Numbered from the stretch's first letter, positions 1-9,293 are shown. The stretch is 24,000 nucleotides of DNA from Nostoc punctiforme PCC 73102 (GCF_000020025.1 NC_010628.1:2784324-2808323); one strand, 5' to 3'. Numbers and translations: made by a program. The notes: generated by a model from the sequence alone, not told the origin.

Positions 1-1236
1 GGTTATTCCTGGACTTTGCATGTTGACAAACATCGTATGACCATCGGGGGAGAAGCAGACCCCAGCGAACTCTGATGTGTTGAGGGCATTCTTGGCAAAC
101 TTGTAAAGACTGCCACTGGGAGTGATACCCAGAATGTAATCCGTTCCATCCCCATCTTCACAGAGGAAGATGTCGCGGTTGGGGAAAACTATAATATTGT
201 CTGGATTATCTAGTACACCAGAATTGTTTGGTTCAATATATAGCTCAACGGTATTATTAGCGGGCGAATAACGCCAGATTTGCCCATCTCCAGAACTACC
301 TCCACTCTTGCAAGTGAAGTAGACATAACCACTACCATAAAAGATGCCTTCCCCACCTGAAAACCTGGCGGCACCGCTGTTATACCCTGCTGTTCTGACG
401 GTATCAGTGGTGGGATCGGGATTGCTAATCTGTACCCAGTTCACCGCCCTAGGCGTATTTTTTGGGAAACCCGTAGCTGTGTTGATTCCAGACGACCCCG
501 TAATCCTTAAAGCGTATAGCGAGCCGCCAGCACTCAGGTTGTTGCTTTGGTTGGGAATGAAGCGGTAGAAAAGCCCGTTTCCCTGGTCTTCCGTCATGTA
601 TATATACCCTGTGTTGGGGTCTACAGCGGCAGCCTCGTGATTAAAACGCCCCATAGCGGTTAGTGGGACGGGGGTGACAAAAGTATTTGCACTACTGGGA
701 ACTTCAAACACATAACCATGCTTCTTGCCGTTATTGGTTTCAAAAGTTTCCTCACAGCTTAACCAAGATCCTGAAGGCGTAGGACCACCAGCACAATTGC
801 GAATAGTTCCCGCTAGAACACCCCGATGTTCTACCAGGTTGCGGGACGAATTAACAACCAATTTAGTGCAACCGCCCCTCGCACTTGAGTTGTACTTACT
901 GCTATTGGGAGCGCTCAGTCCATTGCTAGAAGTGGGAGTGAGTTCGTGGTTGCGAATTAGAATCGTATTGCCATTAGATCCTGCAAAAGCACCCATACCA
1001 TCGTGACCACCGGGTACCTGGTAACCATCATTCATCGTTTGGCCCGTTTCGGACAGTCTGCGGTAGGTGAATCCAGCTGGCAAATCTAATACTCCGTTGG
1101 GGTCGGCCACTAAATTGCCGTAGGGACCCGCAGCGATCGCGGGTTTAGCATAGAATGCTTGCAAAGGAGATAGAAGGACAGCACCTGTAGCAGATGCCCC
1201 TGCCAGGGTAAAAAACTGACGTCTTGATAGATTCAA
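1..1236 (-). CDS. phoX: PhoX-family (DUF839) Tat-exported phosphatase; the gene continues past the window start, so the C-terminus is missing
   Basis: The reverse-strand frame is open from 1236 to base 1. It is not in the ORF track because it has a TTG start and no stop in the window. My translation begins LNLSRRQFFTLAGASATGAVLLSPLQAFYAKP, giving a twin-arginine motif SRRQFF, a hydrophobic core and an AFYA cleavage-like site. It then shows PGGHDGMGAF, GTIRNCAGGPTPSGSWLSCEE, HGYVFEV, MGRFNHEAAAVDP, YMTEDQ, FLCEDG and FSPDGHTMFVNMQ, motifs I recognise from PhoX/DUF839 proteins. GGGAG sits 6 nt upstream of the TTG at 1236. Confidence 0.8.
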   Translation of the reverse strand, partial: MNLSRRQFFTLAGASATGAVLLSPLQAFYAKPAIAAGPYGNLVADPNGVLDLPAGFTYRRLSETGQTMNDGYQVPGGHDGMGAFAGSNGNTILIRNHELTPTSSNGLSAPNSSKYNSSARGGCTKLVVNSSRNLVEHRGVLAGTIRNCAGGPTPSGSWLSCEETFETNNGKKHGYVFEVPSSANTFVTPVPLTAMGRFNHEAAAVDPNTGYIYMTEDQGNGLFYRFIPNQSNNLSAGGSLYALRITGSSGINTATGFPKNTPRAVNWVQISNPDPTTDTVRTAGYNSGAARFSGGEGIFYGSGYVYFTCKSGGSSGDGQIWRYSPANNTVELYIEPNNSGVLDNPDNIIVFPNRDIFLCEDGDGTDYILGITPSGSLYKFAKNALNTSEFAGVCFSPDGHTMFVNMQSPGIT

Positions 1237-1686
1237 TATATACTCCCTGATATTTTGGACGAGGCTTAATTTGTTGCAAATAGACAGCCTCAATTATCTA
1301 GGAGGAGCAGGTTCTTTCAAATTAATAAGAGGTTAAAAAAAGATTATTTAAGGCATTAAGGAAATGTAAAAAATATACAAATTTATAATGGATTGGTTTA
1401 TGCAGCAAAAGCATTAAAATTAGGGCTTTCATCGATTGAAAACTAGTCAAAAATTGGGTTTTGACTTCTTAATCGTTTCCAACCTCTATCTAGCAAAGAT
1501 AATTCATGCGGCAATGCCATTTTTAATAGTTAACTTTATGTTAATAAATGGTGAAGATTGAGGTTCAATTTTAAGGTCTAATAATAGATTACCGATGTTA
1601 ATGAATTGAAGTATGAAATTACACTTCTAAGCGATAACAGATTTCAGGGAGCAAATGAGGAATTTTTGAAAAGATTAATGCTTACC

Positions 1687-2362
1687 TTATTCTGGCAGTT
1701 CCCCAAATTGTTGACGATAACGCTCAAGTTGTTTTTGCGCTAATTCAAGCTGTTCTTCTGGAGTTTGATAGCGCTTTCCTTGTTGGTCATACCAATACAA
1801 AACCTGACGCTGGATATTACCAGATACGTATTGGATCGCCCAATTCCCAAACCAATTTCTGGCATCCAAAAGAGTTCACCAATTTGCAATTGATAGCTAC
1901 CATCTACTAAGCGATAAACTTCAAAAGGTTGATGACGGTCTCTTTGCCAATACTCTGGATTATAAATAATGTAGTACAGTACACCTAACTTGGCATAAGT
2001 TTCTAATTTTTTGTCGTATTCTCCACCCGGAGTTAAGGAGACAATTTTTAAAGCCAAGATAGGTACAATGTTGTTTTCTTCCCAAACAACATAACTTTTA
2101 CGAGATTTACCTTCCTTGCGGCGTTCTACACCTAAGCTCAAAAATCCGTCTGGGACAATCGGCACAAGTGGACTAACCCCTGTGGTATGGTAAACGCCCA
2201 TATCCACGCTGAAAAACCAGTCATTACGGTTTGCCCAAATATATTGCAACAAAAAGAGAAGCAGGTTGGGAATAAAGTTCTGGTCTTCGTTATCCACAGG
2301 GTATCGTCTGAACAAGGAAGTTCAGCACTACTAGGCAATTGGCGGGGGTCTAATTTCACCAT
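1687..2362 (-). pseudogene. Uma2-family (DUF820, PD-(D/E)XK-like) endonuclease, disrupted by two 1-nt frameshifts
   Basis: Three overlapping minus-strand ORFs (2362-2138, 2315-1740, 1869-1687) each carry one consecutive piece of one protein. The pieces are MVKLDPRQLPSSAELPCSDDT, then PVDNEDQNFIPNLLLFLLQYIWANRNDWFFSVDMGVYHTTG...WMPEIGLGIGR, then IQYVSGNIQRQVLYWYDQQGKRYQTPEEQLELAQKQLERYRQQFGELPE. This is the typical cyanobacterial Uma2 layout, as far as I recall the family. The frame switches at about 2299-2301 (GACGATACCCTGTGGAT, where one more C would give ...DDTPVDNED) and at about 1835-1840. Confidence 0.75.
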
Positions 2363-2540
2363 AAGTAATGATGGTGCTGAGATGACCTAATGACCTTTAT
2401 TTTATTAGACCAGAAGGCTTTATTCGGAAAAGTCGGGAAAAAAGTCGGGTTTACAGAATCTTATCCGAAAACTCCAGCAACATAACTGTAGAGTAATTTA
2501 TAGTTGTCCCTAAAATCTGAACTATCCTTGTCGTTACACA

Positions 2541-4940
2541 ATGGACGCTGAAGCAGCATTAGCATGGTTAGATGCCATAATTCCCCCTCAGACTGGGGAA
2601 CGGTTGAGCGATTTGCAAAAAGTGATTCTTGTGCAAGTTTGGTTGGGTAGAAAATATTTGGATATCGCTCATTCTTACGGTTGTACGGAAGGACACGCCA
2701 AGGATGCTGGTTCTCAGTTATGGAAGCTGCTTTCTAAAGTCTTGCGAGAAAAGATAACCAAAAGTAATTGTCGCGCTACTTTGGAGCGAGTGTTGAGAAA
2801 AACTACTGCAATATCATCAAGTCTGATTGATTACTCGCGATCGCCACACCCCACCCCAAAATTAGAGGATACCAATTTTATTGGACGAACAGAAGCGATC
2901 GCTCACCTCAATACTTTGGTAAATCAGGGATCGAAAGTCATTGTCATCCAAGGTGAGGGAGGTTTAGGCAAAACCACTCTAGCGCAGCAATATCTGCAAA
3001 CTCAGGGATTTGACTTGGTTTTAGAACTACTGATGGCGAAGGAAACGCAGAATATCACCCCCCCCGAACGCGTAGTAGAGGAATGGCTGAAACAAGACTT
3101 TGATCGAGAACCTGGGGTAGAATTTGGGGTTACATTGGGACGACTCAAGCGCGAACTCCACAATCGGCGGATTGGGGTGTTAATTGACAATCTAGAACCT
3201 GCATTGGATCGACAAGGTGGGTTGATTGCCTCTCACCGCAACTATGTAGAACTATTGCGGGTGTTGGCTGATGCAAGGGTGCAATCTGTTACCTTGATTA
3301 CCAGTCGCGATCGCCTTTGTGAACCTGGGTTGAATGTGAATCACTATCGGCTTCCTGGCTTGGATCGAAGCTCATGGCAACAGTTTTTTAGCAACCGTGG
3401 ATTAGCCATCGACTCGCCAACCTTGCAAATCATGCATCGCACTTATGGCGGTAATGCGAAAGCAATGGGAATTCTCTGCGGTTCGATTCAGGAAGATTTC
3501 GGCGGTGATATGGTTCTTTATTGGCAAGAAAATCATGCCGATCCGTTAGCAGCAACGGACTTAAAAAATTTAGCGGTTAGTCAAATTAATCGTCTGCAAG
3601 CCCTCGACCCTCAAGCTTATCGCCTGCTTTGCCGTTTGGGATGTTATCGTTACCAAGATATACCCACCATCCCATCACAGGGGTTATTTTGTTTACTTTG
3701 GGATGTGCCACCCGATCAACATCGCCAAATTATCGCCTCCTTGAGAAATCGGTCTTTGGTGGAGTGCGATAAAGGCGAATACTGGCTGCATCCGGTGATT
3801 CGAAAAGAAGCGATCGCACGTTTACGCCGCAGCGATGAATGGGAAATTGCCAATCACAAAGCCGCAGAATTTTGGACAGCTAGTATTAAACAAATTGAAA
3901 CCTTTAAGGATGCTTTGCAAGCTCTGGAAGCATATTATCATTATATAGAAATTCATGAGTTTGAGTTAGCAGGTAAGGTAATTTTAAAAAGCCGAAATAA
4001 TCAATGGCAGCAATTTTTGCCTCTTGGTAGTACCTTGTATCGGATGGGCTTAATTCAACCGATACTTGCAGCAATTGATCGAGTTGTTAACAATCTAGAA
4101 AATAACCAAAATCTCAGCGAACTCTATAATATACTGGGCGATCTATATTGGATAACAGGTAAAATTAGTCAAGCGATCGCCTGTCAAGAAAAGGCTATTA
4201 CTCTGGCAACCCAAGCACTCAAATCACTTGTACATCAGCCAGAAAATAAACATCCAGTTTACTATCTGAGGATGCTAGAGGTAGATTCTTTATTAAGTAT
4301 TGGTCTTTACAAAATAGATTTGTGGGAACTAGAGGCAGCCACGAATTTATTTCAACAAGTAATTTATCTAGCCCAAAATACTGAGCATCATCGCTGGGCA
4401 GAGAAAGCATCAGTTTGTTTAGCTTTGGTCTATTCTTATTTAGGTTTGCGTGATGCCTCCTTTGCATTAGCAGATGTAGCTTATCAGAATATTACGAACG
4501 AAAAACTGGTAGAACAGACTGGGCGATTTGTCTATTTCATGCAAATTTTGGGTCAAACCTACGTCAATTTAGGAGAGTTTTATCAAGCAAATCAAATATT
4601 ACATCAAGCTTTAACCTTTGCTGAAGAAAGCCACTATATGCAGGTGAAAGCAAAAACACTCAATGGTTTAGCAGAAATCAATCGAGAACAAGCAGATTTT
4701 GAGTTAGCCCTGACTCATCATAGAGAAGCAATCGAACTGTTGGATAAAATAGGTGCTAAGTGCGATCTAGCTGAAGCTTATTATCAATTAGGTTTAACTT
4801 ATCAAAAGATGGCAAAGCCTGATGAAAGTAAATTTAATTTTAATCAAGGAATTCAGCTATTTACTGAAATAAAAGCTCCGAAGCAAGTTGAAAAAATTTC
4901 AACTTCACAATCCAATACTGCTCGCTTTGTACATTTTTAA
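2541..4940 (+). CDS. STAND-class NTPase: N-terminal HTH-like domain, NB-ARC/AAA P-loop module, C-terminal TPR array
   Basis: An 799-aa ORF. Walker A GEGGLGKTT lies at nt 2952-2978, followed by Walker-B-like RIGVLIDNLEP, then LITSRDR and GGNAKAMGIL, which match the NB-ARC-style motif order. The C-terminal ~350 aa carry TPR-like 34-aa patterns (ILGQTYVNLGEFYQANQILHQAL, LNGLAEINREQADFELALTHHREAIELL, AEAYYQLGLTYQKMAKPDES). The N-terminal ~85 aa (LSDLQKVILVQVWLGRKYLDIAHSYGCTEGHAKDAGSQLWKLLSKVL) resemble a sigma-70 region 4/LuxR-type helix-turn-helix that often caps cyanobacterial STAND and WD40 proteins. Confidence 0.85.
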   Translation: MDAEAALAWLDAIIPPQTGERLSDLQKVILVQVWLGRKYLDIAHSYGCTEGHAKDAGSQLWKLLSKVLREKITKSNCRATLERVLRKTTAISSSLIDYSRSPHPTPKLEDTNFIGRTEAIAHLNTLVNQGSKVIVIQGEGGLGKTTLAQQYLQTQGFDLVLELLMAKETQNITPPERVVEEWLKQDFDREPGVEFGVTLGRLKRELHNRRIGVLIDNLEPALDRQGGLIASHRNYVELLRVLADARVQSVTLITSRDRLCEPGLNVNHYRLPGLDRSSWQQFFSNRGLAIDSPTLQIMHRTYGGNAKAMGILCGSIQEDFGGDMVLYWQENHADPLAATDLKNLAVSQINRLQALDPQAYRLLCRLGCYRYQDIPTIPSQGLFCLLWDVPPDQHRQIIASLRNRSLVECDKGEYWLHPVIRKEAIARLRRSDEWEIANHKAAEFWTASIKQIETFKDALQALEAYYHYIEIHEFELAGKVILKSRNNQWQQFLPLGSTLYRMGLIQPILAAIDRVVNNLENNQNLSELYNILGDLYWITGKISQAIACQEKAITLATQALKSLVHQPENKHPVYYLRMLEVDSLLSIGLYKIDLWELEAATNLFQQVIYLAQNTEHHRWAEKASVCLALVYSYLGLRDASFALADVAYQNITNEKLVEQTGRFVYFMQILGQTYVNLGEFYQANQILHQALTFAEESHYMQVKAKTLNGLAEINREQADFELALTHHREAIELLDKIGAKCDLAEAYYQLGLTYQKMAKPDESKFNFNQGIQLFTEIKAPKQVEKISTSQSNTARFVHF

Positions 4941-5070
4941 TATCAAGTCCGGTCAATCACTTATGATTATGAAAAGGCAATAGGCAATATGAAAAAAGGC
5001 TTTTTGAGTTGTAGAGAGTTTTTTCACGCAATCAAATATGAGCTATGGCGGAATTTTTCACCAATCGTTG

Positions 5071-7056
5071 CTATACGCCGACTATAGTCAAAATAGTCTG
5101 CATTAGTACGTCTAGCTCAATTGGTTTAGAAATATGCTGTTGAAATCCGGCTGCTAGTGCCAGTTGTTGATCGATCTCTCCTGCATAAGCGGTAAGAGCG
5201 ATCGCTGGAATTTCTCCGCCCCGATCAGACGGCTGCTTTCTAATTTGACGAATTAGTGTGTAGCCATCCATATCGGGCATACCAATATCACTGATTAGCA
5301 AATCAAATTTTGCTTGCCCCAAAGTGCTTAGAGCTTCATGTGCTGATTCAGCTTCAGTCACTTGCGCCCCATACTGTTCTAGCAGGAAGGCGATGAATTC
5401 CCGTGAATCTCTGTCATCATCTACAAGCAGGGCTTGCAATCCATTCAGATTGAAGTCTGAGCAATTATGGAACGCAGTATCAGCTTGATTTAGTTTTGCC
5501 GCAGCGATCGGTGGAAACTTGACTGTAAACGTTGCTCCTTGACCTTCTCCAGGGCTTGCTGCCTGAATGCTTCCTCCATGCAATTCAACCAAATGACGCA
5601 CGATCGCTAACCCTAATCCCAATCCTCCGAATCTTCGGGTCGTTGTCCCATCGGCTTGACGGAAGTAGTCAAAGACGTAGGGCAGAAAGTCAGCAGAGAT
5701 CCCCATACCAGTGTCGCTGACAGAGATTTGAGTGTATTCCGAAGGATGAGTATCTAGTTCATTCTCGATCCTTTCTAACCGCACCTCTACTTGGCCACCC
5801 TGTGGGGTAAATTTAATCGCGTTGGAAAGTAGATTCCAAACAACCTGTTGCAGGCGACCAGAATCACCCAACACTTGCCCAGCGTTCGGTTCAAATATTG
5901 TTTGAATTTGAATGGATTTAGCTTCAGCAGCGAGGCGCACGGTTTCCAGAGCAGCTTTGATGGTAAAAGTTAGACCGACTGGAACTGTATTCAAACTCAA
6001 CTTGCCTTGGAGAATACGCGACACATCGAGCAAATCTTCGATCAGTTGCGCTTGCAGTTTAGCGTTACGCTCGATCGTTTCGAGTGCATACTGAGTTTTG
6101 GCTGCGTCCTGCCGACTCGTTTGCAAAATTTTTGCCCATCCCAAAATAGGATTCAGGGGCGATCGCAATTCATGAGATAGCACTGCCAGAAACTCATCTT
6201 TAATCCGATTGGCTTGTTGCGCTTGTTCAGTTTGTTGCTGCAAAGAAATCATCAGCTGATTGAGGCGATCGTTCTGCTCTTGCAGCAAGGCTGATGCTCG
6301 CTTCCGTTCGGTGATATCGGACAGGATGAAAACGGCACCTGTGAGAGTTCCATGCTCATCAAGTACTGGATCGATAGTTTTGGCAAACCACCGTTCTGTG
6401 GACTGAAATTCTAGAACTTGCCGTTGGTGAGTTTCTTTAGCACGGCGAAAGCAGGTGCCATCACCAATTCCCAATTCTGCGGCCATCAAATTATGGTGAG
6501 CACAACCTAAAATTTCGTGGGAGGGTTTGCAAAAAATCTGCGTTATCGCTAGATTACAGCGCAGAATTATACCTTTTGTGTCTACGAGACACACACCGTC
6601 CTTGATAGAGTCAAAGGTACTTTGCCACTCTCGTGCTGAGGATAAAGCCGCTTCCTCCGCTCGTCGAATTCGCAGCAGCGATCGCACCGTCGCCAGCAGT
6701 TCAATGGGTTCAACAGGTTGTACCAAATAAGCATCGGCACCACTGTCTAAGCCTTCTGCTTTATCCTGGCTTTGGACAAAACTTGCAGAAAGGTGTAGCA
6801 CCGGAATAAAAGCAGTTTCGGGATTTGCCTTAATTTGACGACAGACTTCAAAGCCGCTGATATCTGGTAATTTGACATCCAAAATCACCAGAGTAGGCTG
6901 ATGTTCAGTAGCAGCTTTTAATCCTGCTACTCCGGTTGCCGCTTCCACAACGGTAAAGCCTGCATTTTGCAAAATCCGGGCCACAATGTAACGATTGGCT
7001 TCGTTATCGTCAACATGCAGGATGATAACCTGTGGCTCAAACATGACTTTGCCCAC
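5071..7056 (-). CDS. Hybrid sensor histidine kinase/response regulator (REC-PAS-HisKA-HATPase-REC)
   Basis: A 661-aa ORF. The N-terminal receiver reads HVDDNEANRY...LVILDVKLPD. A PAS-like region follows (WQSTFDSIKDGVCLVD...VFILSDITERK). The H-box is LSHELRSPLNPILGW, with ATP-lid motifs SDTGMGI and GGLGLGLAIV. The C-terminal receiver reads LLVDDDRDSRE...LLISDIGMPDMDG...ISKP. The start is either GTG at 7056 or ATG at 7044, and both overlap the upstream gene's stop (7037-7039). Confidence 0.9.
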   Translation of the reverse strand: MGKVMFEPQVIILHVDDNEANRYIVARILQNAGFTVVEAATGVAGLKAATEHQPTLVILDVKLPDISGFEVCRQIKANPETAFIPVLHLSASFVQSQDKAEGLDSGADAYLVQPVEPIELLATVRSLLRIRRAEEAALSSAREWQSTFDSIKDGVCLVDTKGIILRCNLAITQIFCKPSHEILGCAHHNLMAAELGIGDGTCFRRAKETHQRQVLEFQSTERWFAKTIDPVLDEHGTLTGAVFILSDITERKRASALLQEQNDRLNQLMISLQQQTEQAQQANRIKDEFLAVLSHELRSPLNPILGWAKILQTSRQDAAKTQYALETIERNAKLQAQLIEDLLDVSRILQGKLSLNTVPVGLTFTIKAALETVRLAAEAKSIQIQTIFEPNAGQVLGDSGRLQQVVWNLLSNAIKFTPQGGQVEVRLERIENELDTHPSEYTQISVSDTGMGISADFLPYVFDYFRQADGTTTRRFGGLGLGLAIVRHLVELHGGSIQAASPGEGQGATFTVKFPPIAAAKLNQADTAFHNCSDFNLNGLQALLVDDDRDSREFIAFLLEQYGAQVTEAESAHEALSTLGQAKFDLLISDIGMPDMDGYTLIRQIRKQPSDRGGEIPAIALTAYAGEIDQQLALAAGFQQHISKPIELDVLMQTILTIVGV

Positions 7057-9259
7057 AATCTAGAACAAGTCCGGCTTTGATCAGCGCATCTTGAAGCTGG
7101 GCGTAGACGCGTTCGCCCTTGGCGTTGCCGCAGGCTAGCGGCTTGTCGTCAGACATCGCTGCTGTTTGAGAGCCTGTTTCTTTGGAAAGAATGGCGATGC
7201 TTTTTTTTGCTAATTGGCTCTGAGTTTCTGCATCAAGTTGTGCCGATGAGTAGATGATCACAGGAATCGACTGAGTGACAGGATTGCTTTTAAGCTGCTT
7301 AAGCACATCAAACCCACTCAACTCTGGCATCTCCAAGTCAAGAACGATCGCGGTCGGTTGCTCGCGTTGTGCTAAATTTAATCCTTCCCATCCGTTCATG
7401 GCTTCTAAAATACTCAATTGTGTATTTATTAACAACTGCTTCACCAAATACCGATAGGCAGGGTCATCGTCAATTAACAAGATTTTTTGAGGCTTGTTCT
7501 GATTAATTAGCGTATTAAGTTTGTTCAATAACTGCAATCTGTCTACCGGCTTAATTAAAAAACCATTGGCTCCTAGTGCTAGTGCTTGCTTCTCGTTATC
7601 AATGATGGTAATAACTACTATAGGTATATTGCGGGTCGTTTCATCTCCTTTGATTTCTCGCAAGAACGTCCAGCCGTTTTGCCCTTCTAGCATAATATCT
7701 AGCATAATCGCCGCTGGTCGAACTTGTTGTAATACTTGCCTTGCCTGAGCTAAGGTGCGGGTTGCAATCAATTGATAAGTTGACTGCTGAAGATGATTTT
7801 CGTAAATAAATAGCGTTTCGGGATGATCTTCAACCGCCAGAATGGGCAGGCCAGTTGGTTCAAGTGATGCGATGGTCTCCGACCGACCGGAGGTCATCGG
7901 TTGCAGTAGGGTGGGAAATTCGGTCGCGTATGGGTAGATAATCGGAATCGATGCCGTAAAGGTGGAGCCTTCACCCAGCTTACTTGTAACTGAAATGCTG
8001 CCGCCCAGTAGCTCCGTTAGCTTGCGCGATAACGGCAATCCTAACCCGGTTCCCTTGACCTGCTTTTGCAGAGAAGACTCAATTTGGACAAAATCCTCAA
8101 AAATGCGCTCTCGATCGGCGGTCGCAATGCCGATGCCCGTATCTGATACGGAAAATATCACGGTATGACCCCTTTGCACAGAGGTTACACGCACTTCTCC
8201 CTGCTCGGTAAATTTGAGGGCATTGGAGATAAAGTTTCTTAGAATTTGCGCGACTTTGCCCTCATCGCTATATATCTGCCCAATGCCTTCAGGTTCCTCG
8301 ATATTCAGCGCGACAGAGGAGCCTTGAACCAATAATGGGCGTAGCATCCCCCGCAGCGTGGCAAACAAATCACTAACTTCAAAGGAACTGGGACGCACTT
8401 CAATCTTTCCAGCTTCCACCTTTGCTAAATCCAGCAAGTCGTTGACCAGTTCTGATAATCCGCTCGCCGCCTTTTGGATGAATGTCACCTGCTTTTCTTG
8501 CTCTGCGGTCAAATCACCATCCATTCGTGCCAGCAACATCCGAGATAACGACAGAATCGAGTTGAGCGGTGTGCGAAACTCATGGCTCATGTTTGAGAGA
8601 AAGCGGGTTTTTAGCTCGTTGGCCTTTTGCAGAGAGTCTGCTTTTTCATCCAATTCTGCATAGAGGGCAACCACACCGCGATTGGTATCTTCCAGTTCCC
8701 GGTTCAGCTGGGTTAGTTCTTCCTCCCGCTTCCGTAACTCTGCCATTGCCCGCAGTAATTCCTGGTTTTGTCGCTGGATCTCTTCATAGGGATTCTGGGG
8801 CGATCGCTCCATCACGCTTTCTCGAATCTGCTGCAATTGCAAATCGGTGAAATTAGGTGTGCGCTTTGATAACCTTTTACTCATCACCACCGTTGTTCCC
8901 TGTCCCGGCAGCGATTCTATCTCAAAGAAATCCATCAGCTTTTGGCTGCCTACAATGCCTAGCCCCATTCCTGTATCAGAAGCGTAGCGTCCTGCCAAAA
9001 CGTCTTCCAGATGAGGAATGCCACCACCCCGATCCTGAATCCGAATCAGAAACTCTTGAGGTTCTCCTGCCACAGAAAATTCAACCGTTCCACCTCTGGC
9101 ATACTGAAAGGCATTGCGGGCAATTTCTGAAACTGCCGTTGCCAATCGTGCCTGATCTTGAGTATCAAAGCCCAATTGCTCGGCAATCTCACGAGTTCGC
9201 TGCCGAGCTTGGACAACATCTTGTTCGTTCTGGATTTCGAGGATGAAAATAGTTGTCAA
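7037..9259 (-). CDS. RsbT/RsbW-like switch-kinase domain fused to HisKA-HATPase and two receiver domains
   Basis: A 740-aa ORF with a TTG start at 9259 and GGAG 9 nt upstream. The N-terminal ~135 aa (VVQARQRTREIAEQLGFDTQDQARLATAVSEIARNAFQYARGGTVEF...DRGGGIP...GMGLGIVGSQKLMDFFEIES) are paralogous to the RsbT-like gene at 10340-10744. A coiled-coil linker follows, then H-box MSHEFRTPLNSI, ATP-lid motifs SDTGIGI and GTGLGL, and two REC domains (ILAVEDHPE...IMLDIMLEG...LIKP, and ILLIDDDPAY...IVLDLEMPE). Confidence 0.85.
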   Translation of the reverse strand: MTTIFILEIQNEQDVVQARQRTREIAEQLGFDTQDQARLATAVSEIARNAFQYARGGTVEFSVAGEPQEFLIRIQDRGGGIPHLEDVLAGRYASDTGMGLGIVGSQKLMDFFEIESLPGQGTTVVMSKRLSKRTPNFTDLQLQQIRESVMERSPQNPYEEIQRQNQELLRAMAELRKREEELTQLNRELEDTNRGVVALYAELDEKADSLQKANELKTRFLSNMSHEFRTPLNSILSLSRMLLARMDGDLTAEQEKQVTFIQKAASGLSELVNDLLDLAKVEAGKIEVRPSSFEVSDLFATLRGMLRPLLVQGSSVALNIEEPEGIGQIYSDEGKVAQILRNFISNALKFTEQGEVRVTSVQRGHTVIFSVSDTGIGIATADRERIFEDFVQIESSLQKQVKGTGLGLPLSRKLTELLGGSISVTSKLGEGSTFTASIPIIYPYATEFPTLLQPMTSGRSETIASLEPTGLPILAVEDHPETLFIYENHLQQSTYQLIATRTLAQARQVLQQVRPAAIMLDIMLEGQNGWTFLREIKGDETTRNIPIVVITIIDNEKQALALGANGFLIKPVDRLQLLNKLNTLINQNKPQKILLIDDDPAYRYLVKQLLINTQLSILEAMNGWEGLNLAQREQPTAIVLDLEMPELSGFDVLKQLKSNPVTQSIPVIIYSSAQLDAETQSQLAKKSIAILSKETGSQTAAMSDDKPLACGNAKGERVYAQLQDALIKAGLVLDCGQSHV

Positions 9260-9293
9260 GTCGCTTCACTCCAATTCAAAATTCTTAAATATT

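Noticed and set aside
344-1006. Plus-strand ORFs 344-568 and 725-1006
   Set aside because: They lie antisense to, and entirely inside, the well-supported PhoX-family reading frame. Their proline/leucine-rich sequences have no recognisable motifs, so they are shadow ORFs.
1446-1465. GTCAAAA-N6-TTTTGAC hairpin followed (minus strand) by TAGTTTTC, considered as a terminator for the Uma2 pseudogene
   Set aside because: The 7-bp stem is almost entirely A/T, lies 220 nt beyond the stop and sits in an AT-rich region where such stems arise by chance.
2428-2449. Tandem AAAAGTCGGG x2 (12-nt phasing) in the Uma2/STAND divergent intergenic region
   Set aside because: There are only two short units and no supporting symmetry or conservation information. 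It could be an operator, but that cannot be supported from sequence alone.
2488-2528. NtcA-like site GTA-N8-TAT (2488-2501) with a TAN3T box (TATCCT, 2523-2528) upstream of the STAND gene
   Set aside because: It is a single imperfect half-site match in AT-rich DNA. It implies a nearly leaderless transcript and is expected by chance at this stringency.
1687-4940. Uma2 nuclease plus STAND NTPase as a two-gene defence system
   Set aside because: The nuclease gene is frameshifted twice and divergently transcribed, and it belongs to a family present in many copies per cyanobacterial genome. Adjacency alone is not evidence of a functional link.
4941-5070. Possible bidirectional terminator between the convergent STAND and hybrid-kinase genes (gaaaaaaggctttttgag)
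   Set aside because: The only palindrome is an A5/T5 stem with an essentially zero-length loop, which is not a credible hairpin.
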